A stretch of DNA of 62,249 nt from Acanthaster planci (Eukaryota): contig NW_019091359.1 in the NCBI RefSeq assembly GCF_001949145.1, positions 3,138,861 to 3,201,109 on the forward strand, written 5' to 3'. The translations under genes and the position numbers were made by a program. Position 1 is the first letter of the stretch, and each line of letters starts with the position of its first letter. The notes below the pieces were generated by a model. That model was not told the DNA's origin and ran no database searches. It saw nothing but the letters and a program-made list of their open reading frames with translations. This document shows positions 23,632 through 35,500 of the stretch, piece after piece.

Positions 23632-26422
23632 ATGGCAGCTGCTGAGAACAGACTTACCCTTCCTGAGGAGGTAACACCGCTACAGCACTATTTTTGCCCA
23701 TGAGTTTTGAGTGTGAAATACGGAATAGGACTAGCCTAGCCACCTATCATGCCAATTGAATAATCAGAGAAAAGAATCAAGATTAGTGATGTCATCCCGG
23801 CCTAGAACTTAAAAGACCATAGGCCCTAATATTAGGGACTGTTACAAACTAACGTTAGTTCAAGCAGCCTAACTTTCACTCTACGAATCGCCTTTTTTTA
23901 ACGTGGACATGGTCAGACAATAATACTAGTTCAAGTAGGCCTCCCTTCCATTCTCACGGTCGGCATGATGTCACTACGGACTTTTAACACGGGGCAAAGG
24001 AGCAAATTTACCCTTCATGCTATTCAGTAATGTAGGCCAACAGTAGTCTGAGTAGTTTTGACCCTAAAATTGCTTTTTTAACATTTGGACAGGGTCGGTG
24101 ATAGTAGGGGCCAAGTACCTTCCATAGGCTTTTGCTTCCATTAATTTCATTTAACTCAAAATAGCTCATACCCGAATCAAAACCTCCGAATTCACCTCTA
24201 AAATGGACCTTAAACTGTCTACTGCACCCAGCTTAGGATCAAGTGAGAATCAGAGATTCCATAATGATGATAAGGTTTACTCACATTTGGGAAGAAAAGA
24301 GAAATTTACCCTAAGTATACAGTGTTAAAATACACGTTGGGCAGGGCAAAAACCCCCACCCCCCCAAAAAAAAAATTTCCCTGCCGCAAATCCATCTTCG
24401 AAATAGTTGTTCGCAGTACCTGCTGCAACATCTGACTCAAACCAGCCAGCTGACACCGACAAGCTCGTTGGTGGTGGTTTAGACATCCACACTAGTAAGC
24501 AGGAGGTCGTGGGTTCAAGTCCCACCTAAGTACGCTTAAGGTTTTTTCACAAGCTCTTGGGGGTAAACACTGAGTATACAGTGTTAAAATACACGTCGGG
24601 CAGGGCAAAAATAAAAAACCAGTTATGACACATGCTGTCCTTGTCCTGGCCTGCTGCCTAACATCTCCAACTTGAAACAGTCATGTCCTTTTAGGGTGCT
24701 GGCACATGCAGGTCAAGGTGAAAATGGCTGCTTTCAGTGCAATATGGGTGTATACAGGGTATGCCAGACGCATGATAGATTTATGAGTGGTTTATGGCAA
24801 AATACGCACTTTTTCTTTGTTGATGTACATGCATGGAGTTTTTAGCCGTGTCACTTCGCACAGCCTACGTACCAAAGCCTTAAATATCAAGCAATATGCG
24901 AATCTCTGTTGGCACACAAATTTGAGGAAAAAAATCGGAGCCTAGCTGAAACAAACAGGTTTTTATGAAATTTTTTCTTGAATTCTTTTTCACTCCAGAT
25001 GCAGAACCCACCAGCGGAACAGATGGGTGACATGCCAGACCCAACTCAAACAGCCCCTGCCGTTAGACCACAGAAAGACCAGACATCAGACCACTACCGC
25101 ACCAATAACATCCCAGCAAGATTTGAAAATCCTGGTGAGCTTTACAAGATGGCTTCCCTTTGTTCTTTTTAACACAGTAACATCCAGGTGGAAGTTGTGT
25201 AAAATAAATCAATCATTTGTCACGCTAGTGTCAAAGGACAACTCTGACCTGGGAATGGCCCTGTGTACTGTGTCAAACAAGTGATTGAGATGAGATAAAA
25301 CTCGAGCCAACTCGTGGAAGCTAATCGAATGTACCCTAAGTAAGATGCTTTCTTTCAAAATAACAAAGACAATATGGTGATTACAAGGTCTCTGGAGATG
25401 TCAGCAGAAGAGCCTTCAATTGTTTCTGAAACAAAATGGTTATCAGTGTACATGTAGAGGTAGATGGATGGTANNNNNNNNNNNNNNNNNNNNNNNNNNN
25501 NNNNNNNNNNNNNNNNNNNNNNNNNNNNNNNNNNNNNNNNNNNNNNNNNNNNNNNNNNNNNNNNNNNNNNNNNNNNNNNNNNNNNNNNNNNNNNNNNNNN
25601 NNNNNNNNNNNNNNNNNNNNNNNNNNNNNNNNNNNNNNNNNNNNNNNNNNNNNNNNNNNNNNNNNNNNNNNNNNNNNNNNNNNNNNNNNNNNNNNNNNNN
25701 NNNNNNNNNNNNNNNNNNNNNNNNNNNNNNNNNNNNNNNNNNNNGCTTTGCACAGTATCGTTTGAATCCTAGGCTCACCACATGTACATAACACTCTTAT
25801 TTCCCTCTGTCCATTTCCATGCAATAAATGTGACTTGTTGAATCTTTGGGTTACCTCTCCTGGACAGATTGGTTTGAGGGATACGGCAGCCAACCTCAGA
25901 ATCCCTTGTACAGAACAACTAACATGACTTACGGCAGTCGTAACCCAACAGTACATACAATGCCAACAACCTTCAGGGCAAGATCACAGAAATTCTCAGT
26001 GGTAAGTGACTGTCACAAAGTTAGATTGGCAAATTGGTAACCAAGTAACCAGCGACTGGCTCTCCAAGAATGAGATCATTTTTCAGCTACCCCTCATGGA
26101 AAAAATAGAAAAAAGCATAAACTTCCAACATTTCAATTTTTTTAATGCCACCTTAAAATTTATCTTTAATTTGATGTCATCCCCCATAGGTTTCAGGATC
26201 TCAAATAATTTTCAAAATTTGCCACAGCTACAAAAAAAAATTGTTATGCTGTCGACTCTGCAATAAAAGTTCCATCCCTCATTCTGAAGTAACTACCCCT
26301 CAAATTTGCACTGAATTTGATTTTGGTCCTTTTGTCTTTTGTTATCTCCACAGCATCTTCTCACCTGTGGCATGTACCGTAATAAAGGTCTGAACACTGC
26401 AGAGGACCAGAGCATAGTCTGA
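23632..26422 (+). CDS. PIERCE1: Piercer of microtubule wall protein (C9orf116/UPF0691 family), 125 aa. Exons 23632-23670, 24999-25134, 25868-26001, 26354-26422
   Basis: Spliced product: MAAAENRLTLPEE-MQNPP..QTSDHYRTNNIPARFENPD-WFEGYGSQPQNPLYRTTNMTYGSRNPTVHTMPTTFRARSQKFSV-HLLTCGMYRNKGLNTAEDQSIV*. This matches the recalled human C9orf116 core (TSDYYR..LPGRFNNPGWFRGY..YRTSNQAYGSRAPTVHEMP..KFS..GMFRNNTLN..SIV). GT-AG introns, phases 0,1,0. Confidence 0.9.
24314..24617 (+). mobile_element. tRNA-derived SINE-like element (head about 24460-24527, body and A-rich tail to 24617), preceded by a second copy of its 3' end (24314-24352), in PIERCE1 intron 1
   Basis: B-box ggttcaagtcc (24512-24522) sits inside a T-arm stem gtggg/cccac, with an A-box-like tggtggtggtttag upstream. 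There is no intact cloverleaf. A 39-bp near-identical direct repeat agtatacagtgttaaaatacacgtYgggcagggcaaaaa occurs at 24314 and 24573. Confidence 0.6.
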
Positions 26423-29400
26423 TGATAACGCACACCTGTTTATTTACTTATAAAATCCCATTTCTGCCTCACTCAGCACAATTCAGGAACTCTGCTTTAG
26501 ACCTAAGTGATTGTTTTCCTGTCTGCTTTATCCTTCAAAGTTTTTAGTAATAATGCCGATTTCTTGAGGTGCAGTACCTCTAATTTCAAGCAGTACATGT
26601 ATGTAAATGGCGTAAGTCTTCCTTGAGACCAAAAGTTGGCATTTATGTCCTCACATTCAGAATTGTTTTTAAACGTTATGCTTCAGCGTAACTGATTGAG
26701 ATTGTTATAAAGCAACTTTGAACAGGTAGCAATAAGATGTGCATGTGCCATTTAAAATAATAACTGGCATTCTTGTTGCTGTGTTTACACTGCACTTTGT
26801 GCTGAGTTGGGGTTGAAATAGAATTCACCATTGTGTTGTACAATGTAACGATTAGATACTTAATGAAATGTACAGAACAAATATAAATGCACTGAACTTT
26901 AGGCAGTGTAAATATCTCCATCGTGCAGCACTTCCCCAATCCTCAAGTTTTGAAATGATTGAAGCATTAAGTTTCATGGTGGCCATTGCTCTCACACTTA
27001 CCACCTAAGACGATCTGTGACACTTTCTTTTAAAACTAAAGTCACATGTGTTTGGAAATATTTGATTTTACTGTCAATATTCAATTCTCTTGAAGTATGG
27101 GTCACTCACATGTTACTTCATGTATAGGTTTTTTGAATGGTTGTGATATACATCTTGGCTATGAAGTCTTTTTTATTTAAAAATTCAATTTGTTAGCATT
27201 GCCATTGAAAAGCAAGTTTTTTAAAAAAGGTAAAGGTGATGGAAATGTTGGGAAGCAAGGAAATTTAGCAATTGTTGCATAAACAAAGTTGATTGTTCAA
27301 CTCCCTCACTGTGTATTAATGTTTCCCTTCTGTAGAATGTAAGTTTGTTAAATGCAATAAAATGGACTTCAGAAATTTGAATATACATGTAATTGCTGAT
27401 GAAGTGTTTCTTGGTATGACTGCATATTTGACCCAGGAATCAACAATTAGTACATGATTTTTTCTACCCCCAAGGGGGATGGTGTTGGAGTTGAGTCCAT
27501 CATAAATCCTTTCATATGTCCCTTAACAGGACTACTCATGAGTTACAGGGTGAACAGGAATGTTTTTGTCACAGTTCATTTAAATGACTTGCGAGTTGGA
27601 TTGAGACTTAATGACTCATGATGGATTTGACTAGTACACAAAAGGTAACACATCTGGGAAGTTATTTTTATAAAAGTGATTTTTAAGACCTCAATATCCT
27701 CTTCCTAGTACATGTAGTTAGCATGTTAGTGTGCTTTTACTCAAAGTTCGGGACAGAATTTTTTTTTAAGTCAGTGAAGGAGAGGGTTGCATAAACCAAA
27801 ATGTCAGGCCTTGCAACCCTTTATCTCTGGCTTCTACCAAGCTTTGTCAGTAATAAGTGTTCTTTTCTCTTGAACTGGCAACCCACTTTGTAAAAGTCTG
27901 TCCTGTATGATGCCCCATTTTCTTCCATTCTCTTGTCATAAATCCAACTCTTCACTTTCAGCAACCTCAAATCTGTGCATCCTTTAAAGGAGGTACTATG
28001 CAAGATCATCATCCTGGTTTCATAAGTGTTAAAATGCAAACGAACAAACACCACAGAAGATATAAGTTCTTTCACAAAATGCAAGCAAACTGCAGAAGTA
28101 TTATTTCTTGAGATTCATTATTTAGATACATTATATTATGTAAATACTGTTGAACAAGATACAAGCAATGGCACATCACATAAATATAGTCATGTTGACC
28201 CAGGCCATGCATGAAAATTGGCCAAATTGCTCCTAGAAATGTTATGTTTTGGGGATGATTGATCGTGAAACCAAATTACCAAATGCATGATTGTTATATC
28301 CTTGAAATCATTTAGTCCATAAACATTTTCAACAATTATTAATTTACAGAACCTTACTGGTTTTTTCAGTACCTCAACATAAGATAAGAGTAAACTTATG
28401 CAAATATGGACCAGGGAAATAAACACAGACCTAACTTCTCCCGTCTCTTAAAATATGAAATGCATGTATTTACACTTTAACAGGAGTTCAAGAATTTTTA
28501 AGAGTTGCAGAGTAATTCAGCACAAGTCAAGCAATACACTTGTCTCAGTTCATTTGAATAGCACACAATCTGACATTGGGCAACTTCGATGAATACAACT
28601 GACAGTCAACCATGTTTTTCACATGAAGGACTCCATTTGTGACCAAGAGAGGGCGCTTTCCTAGCACTGATGTCCGGCTTGCTTGACACTATTTCTACAT
28701 GCTTGTTCATGCACATATCACATACTCGCACAACTAATTTTTATGTATCTTGTGGATCGGGGGGGGTGCCAATGAGGTCATGTCCCCCAAAGGCAACAGC
28801 AATTTGGGGGGTTTCAAAAATAATGATTTTTCCAATGGTATCCCTGGAGAGGTGTTCTCAAATTAAGGGCTGCTATTTATAACGTTGAAATCTGCACTCA
28901 AAAATAAGTTCAGCATGCACTGATTAGACATTTTAGACCAAATTATTTCATCTTACCACTAACAGCCACAAAAGATTAGTAATACCAAATGCCCACGTTA
29001 ATATAATATATGGGGAAACACTTTTAGCTGTATATTTCATTTCATTTTTGTACTGTTGAACCTTAACAAGCAGGAACAAGTTAACAATACAAGATGGCAT
29101 TAATGCTTCTCAACGTAGCTCCAGTTCACAGATTCCAAACAATGAAATTCACTTTATGCATACATGTACATGTGTATAATATCTTTTAATTGAAAAATAA
29201 ATAAACTCCATACACTTAGATATGCAATAACTTACAAGAATAAGCTTAATTAGTAAACCTCTGGCCCTGAAACTAACCAAAATGAACTGTTATTGCAAAG
29301 AATACCAATTAGCAGACATTGGCTTATGTCAACACAACAAAAAGTTGGCAGAAAACACATCCAAGTTAGGGAGCTTCACCTGTATACATCTACATTTCAG

Positions 29401-32400
29401 TATTGCAACTACACATTATGTTCCATGTACTTTATAACTAATAAGCATTCAGATGACTTGAGCAGTTTTCAATAGTCATAGTGCCTTTCTAGTGAGTTGA
29501 GGAGCCAGCCTTGAAATAAACACAGGCAGACAAGGCAACAGAAGATCAGGATGAAGAAGTCTAGCTGTGGCAAATTCCTTGATTTCAGAAAGATCTCTGT
29601 GACAGAGTTTGAAAATTGTGGTCCGGTTCTTGCAAAATCAGATATGGCATGAAAATGTAAAGCGAACCGTGCAGAGATTTTCCTGCTTTTAATCTTATTC
29701 AACTTCGTACTCTTTCACATATTGATGAATGGCTTCATTGTATTCTTTTCTCTGAATCAGGCCAACAAGCCAGAATTACTTGGTTGAAGTTTGAACTAAC
29801 CAACAGCTTTAAGGGTAGTGGCTACAGCTACCTCATAGTCTCGTGTACATGTAAAAGCCACAGCCACGAACATTGGACACAGTCAAGCAATTTTTACATA
29901 CATGTACATGTATTATCTCAGCTGGACTTCATGACTTCACAGTACGAGTGACAACGATGAATAGAACTGCTCACTTTCAGAACCCATCACTAGCTTCCAT
30001 TCACCTTTCATCCCAGCTCCATTTAATTCTACAAGAAGGAGTTAAGCCACTGTGTCTCACCCATATACATGTAATAATCCACATCCGATAATCTGTATAA
30101 ATCCAAAATAAATCCATGCTTGACAAGGTTAGCAAAACACATCATTTACTAACTTGTTACCTGAGTTCAGATCCATTCAATTTTGAATAAATTGCCACTT
30201 TCTAAAATTCAAACAAATCTTTTTCCTGCACTGCTTCATACATTCAGTTGTTCACATGAAAACAAATAGACACAGCATGCAGCATATCTGTGCACTTTAA
30301 CCAAAGCATAAACACAAATATTGAAATAATTGGGCTTAATGGATGAAACCAGGATCTGGCTAGAACTGCTGAATCCAATGGAATCCATCAATGGTAAATC
30401 CAACAGAATCCATCAACTGTAAATCCCGACTTGCTACTGTGTATATCTATCAACTGTACAGGAGTACATGTACATGTAAATCATGAAGCTTGATAGATAC
30501 AACATCCAATCAACTACAAATCAAGCATCCAAGAGGATTCAACAAAAATTCAACAGAGGACAAAGAAGTATAAAAAATAATCGTTTAACAACATATTATT
30601 AGACTGGGACTAAAAGATAGGTGCGTACACACATGTACATGTACATTATACACATGTTGAACAGTTTCAATGGACATTAAGTTAATGACTTTACCACAAA
30701 TCAAATTCGGCCTGTACATGAATACCTTTGTCACCAAAATTTGATAAATAGTTAAAAGTATATTACCAGTATATTCCTGAACATATCATTAAGCCTGTAA
30801 GATTTTTGTTCTTTTAGAGAATACCTCCAACAAACCTGAAGTCCAATCAAGGTTGGGCAAAATGTGTTTAAAAACACAGTTATCAGGTCTGAGCGCAAAG
30901 AAAAGTGCTACCATAAGAAAGTGTTCATACACAAACAATATGGAAATGTAGCAATGTACATGTGTAGATGCATTTGTACCATACCAATTTCTATTCATTT
31001 ATGGTACAAATTTAGACACAAGTGCATAAGTACACAAAAAAAGGTGTCACGTGTTTTTTATAGATATGTCATGCAACACCTTTCAATCCATGTGTACTGT
31101 ATCTATGATACATAAACAGGCAAGATGAAAGAGGCACAATATTGTTCCAACAATGAAGTTAATGAACATCACAAACGTAACAAATAACAGCTGTTGAAAT
31201 ACAGATATTCAGGACATAACGCTATTTATCGCCCAAATGAGTAAGTACTCTGCAAACAAAAATGAAATTCCCATTAAAAATACCACATAAATGTAATAAT
31301 TAGCAGACAAGACGAACCTTAAACACTGTTGAATACATGAATCGCTTATCAACCTCTGCACCCATTATTTGCACACGAGGATACACGTGAGTGTATATTA
31401 TGCACCAACAGAGTTAAATGGACAGACCTTCACTATGCAGAAGGGATAATTTCTTATTTTAAGGCAAATTAGGACTGAGTTGTGGAGATACATCATTTCT
31501 GGTCCCACAAAATCGGTGTAATGATGAATGTATGTCCCCACACCAGTCAGAGCTGTGGTACATGGAACAAAGATGTGTGAACATGTTAGAACAAGTTTGA
31601 GTGACCACTATGTTTTGACCAATACCACCTGAACAGTGGATGGTTTGGACCATCGAGTCAACCATTTGGAACCAGGACCTGATGCACGGTCACACCACTG
31701 GTTATCAATAACCAATTTCATTTATCAATATGGAGGGAACCATTCACATGAAAACAATGGTTCAAGATATCACTGACCACTTACTGTGTCACAAGAGTTG
31801 CAGTCAAAAGTAAAACAGCGTGATGAGGATATTACAAAGTAGCTCACCAAGAGACATACGTTCAACCATTACTGTTTTGCGCATGCACATTGTCAAAAAG
31901 CGACTGACACAAAGGAAAGGTATGTACAAAGTATGAGGTATAGGAACATGTACTGGTTTGCTGATCAAAGCATACATAAATTGAATTGACTTCAGGTTTC
32001 AAAGAAAAATCCCTTTCACTAGAAAGCTCACAGGAAACATTTCGCCAACAAGGTTTTTTTTTTTAAGAGGCAATTATCCAACGTAAGAAGCATCAGTTTA
32101 CAGAAAGTTTCCTTTGGGTCATTTCATAAAGCTCCACAGTTTTTTACACGCAACACATGATTCATCATCACTTCATAAAAAGCAGCAGATAAAGCAACTC
32201 ATATGTACATGTATATGATAAATTATTGTAAATACAGTCGTTGACAAGATGCCAAGTTTTGTACAGTTATTTCCCCGATCCAATCATGAGTTGTAACTCA
32301 AACTACACAAGTAAGTATTGATATACATACTGTACATGCATGTACATGTAATGTCATCATACTGTTATCTTAAACATAAAAGATACATTGTACAATGTAC

Positions 32401-32532
32401 ATGTACCTGTACACGAGATGTACATTGTACATGTGGGTCCTGTACACAAGATGTACATTGTACATGTAGGATAATATCATACTTATTGAGCGCACCGAAC
32501 AAAGCTTGTCCCGTAGTGACTAGTTTTGAAAG

Positions 32533-35500
32533 CTACATGGAGTCAGCTGGTACAACTGGTCTTCCATTCATATTGAGGAGATCCGTACTATCTTCTAAAC
32601 CCGCCTTGGCTGGGTCTACTTTGGAGGCCTCTGATTGCAGGTACTCTGAATACATCAACCTGGCATGGTTCAAAATCTTCCCTAGGCTGTGCTTACGTAC
32701 CATGCTGTCAAACAGCATGGCCATGTCATTGTAGTCCAATTTGTGAGCCATCACCACATTGCGCTGGTCTATCAACATCGCCAGGCACAGAAACATAACA
32801 AAGGGGTTACCCCCTCCAAAGTCCTGGGGTGGGGGAAGGCCTCGGTAGGGGTTACGGACCGGACTGGAGGGCAACTTGGATGGACTCTTGGGCGAGGACT
32901 TCCGCTGTTGACCTTTGACCCCCTTCTGAGAGAGGATGGGGCTGCTCTGGGATTTGGCCAGCGTCTTCTGTTGGATATTTAAGTTGGATGGGGGGCTCTG
33001 TCGCTCACTGATTGACATTGATCTGGGATTCACATTTTGGGTGGAATTTTCCTTACCATTTGTGTTGTTACCCGTAGTGTCCACTGTCGATGAGTAACTA
33101 CGCTTTATGGGAGTTTCACTTCTCTTTGAGGAGGTGCGAGTGGAGTTGTTTGTACTGGAGTCTTGCACAGTATGTTTGGAATTGTCAGTAGTACTTACAT
33201 CAACCGTTTTGCTTTCATCACATTCATCCACCTTTTCTGTAATGTCAGTTTTCTCAGCGGATTTCCTGTTAGAATGAGGGCTGTCTGGTTTACCAATGCT
33301 GGCGATGCTCTCTTTGGAAACACTGCGTCCACGAGAGAAACGGAAACGGAGCCTTTCAGCGGCAAATGCTGATGGGGAGGCATCGGAGGCTGATGCCAAT
33401 TCCACCCCCTGTTCTCCTGGAGGATCAGGCGGCAGAGAGCTCCACATGATCTCCTTCATACGAAGGGCCTCTGTGAAGGCAAATTCTCGCTTGAGCTCCA
33501 GCAGTAGCCATCGGTAGCAGAAATATAGATCATCAGCATTCTCTTCCTTAAGGTACTCATAGAAGTCTGGGTCAACACAGCGGATTAACTCTGTCAGGTG
33601 CAGGAACTTGACGGACATGGCCTTCCCATCTGGGAGGAAGTTACAGGCTAAGCGCTTCATGAGCTGACAGAAGCAGATGTAAGCCTGAGCCTCATCCTCC
33701 ATCACAAACAAGATAGGAGAGGCTAGGTCACTCATACCTTGGCAATAAGAGACCTCGGGGTGCGACAGAGCATAGGTGGCTAACAGGTTGAAGAGCTTCT
33801 CAACATTTTCTTCCCCATTTGCGTAGAATTCTTCCAGCCGATCTGTTCTCAGGACGTCCTTCCTCACCATGTTCTTGATGTTCTTGAAGTCCTCCCGGGG
33901 ATCAGAGAAAAGCTTGTTTTTCAGCTTCTGGTAGTCCAAGGATTTGGCCTTGATGTGCTGCAGGCGTTCTTTCCCCGTCAAGCCCTCAGGGAAGATATTC
34001 AGCAAGTGCCGCCAAACTACTTTTCTGAGCGAGGGCTTGATGCCGCCTTGGTACACACGCAGCCGCAGTTCGTGGGGCTTCTCTAAGTGTCCCACAGGGT
34101 CCAGAAATGTGAAGAACTCGTGGTCATCTAAAGGTGAACGAGGCAATTCATAGGTTTCCTCTTCTCCCTCTACCGTCTGGAAGATCCGAGAGACTCTGGT
34201 GAGAGTCTTGCCCACGCTGTCCATGATAGCACCAACAAATGGCACAAAACGCATGCGATCCGAGCTGTTTCCAGATACATCTTGGCCACTAATGACATCC
34301 CAGTCTTCAAGTAACCCTATGCAAAAACAATTCACATATAAGCTACTACTAATGAACAGGCAACAGCAGTAATTCAACATTTCTGCATGACAAAGCTACA
34401 GAATTCATTTACATACATGTACAGTATCTGTAATTCTTTTGAAAGGATATAACTGCCGAGTCAAGCAGTGCTGTAGTTGAGTCCAACCACACCCATCCAA
34501 GTCCATCAAAAGTCATCCTGTCTGAATCCAAGTCACATGCTAGTCAAATGAACTGTGACTAAAGCATTCCTTTGTCCTTGTTCATCCGGCTACTTGTGAC
34601 TGGTCTTATGAAAGGATTTGTGATTAGACTTCTGAAGAGACTTGTGATGGACTCAACTGCAACATTGGAGTCAAAAATGAAAATTGAGTAAATTTTTTTC
34701 TAATTGTACTCATCTTGCTATCTTTTAGAAGGTTTGAAAGAGCGAAAAGGAAAAAAGAATCTACTAATTGGGGCTGAGTCAATTCAAATAATTTACTATT
34801 CGAATATTTAACCTTCAATTCGATCGAATATTCGAATATGCGGTCGTACCAACCAGCAGATTGTTGATGAACAAACCATTACAAAATCAGTTGCAATAAC
34901 ACACACAATTGTACATTATAATCACTATAATAGCTTCTCACATCTAGGAGTATCTCCAGCCACAATTTAGCAAGATTTAGGATAAGAACAGTACTTCTTG
35001 CCCTGTTGAAAATGTCTATGCCTTTTAAGTTTTTTAATGAATAATTTACTGTTTGAATCGTTGTAAGATTTCTGTCCCTTTTCATTTCAATCTGCTTGAA
35101 ACAAGCCTCCATAGTACATTTTTCTCTCATTCAAAACAAAAGAAAGTTTTCCCTTCCTTTTTATAAATTTTGCATTTGAATATTCAAATTGGGAAAATAA
35201 GATTCAAGTATTTGATGATCTATCAAATATTCGGATATTCAGCACAGCCCTACAACCAATGGGTCCAAATTTTCAAATTATTGCTAGAACGTTTATTCAG
35301 CCTGCCGTTTCTATGACAACCAGTCATGCCAACTGGGCAGTTTCTTTAACAACCTAATTCTCCATTCAGCTTACCAGGTCCATCGAATGGTTTGGCATCA
35401 ACTTTCAGCCTTAAGCAAGGATCAGAGGAGGTGAGTATAGCGGAGTCAAGGTCCCAGTCTGATAGCATGGATAGATATACTTCCCTGGCCTGGTCATCAC

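Noticed and set aside
24460..24530. Functional tRNA gene
   Set aside because: Only the T-arm and B-box are convincing. No acceptor-stem pairing or T-run terminator follows directly, and it continues into a repeat body with an A-rich tail, as a SINE would.
34317..34380. N-terminus MLNYCCCLFISSS.. of the 615-aa ORF as the TBC1D25 start
   Set aside because: It is intronic, containing the polypyrimidine tract and TAG acceptor at 34317-34319. The true N-terminus is in three upstream exons.
35480..35500. Suspected frameshift in TBC1D25 exon 3
   Set aside because: A careful reverse-complement reading gives an intact frame (DDQAREVYLSMLSDWD). The ORF track shows a different frame.
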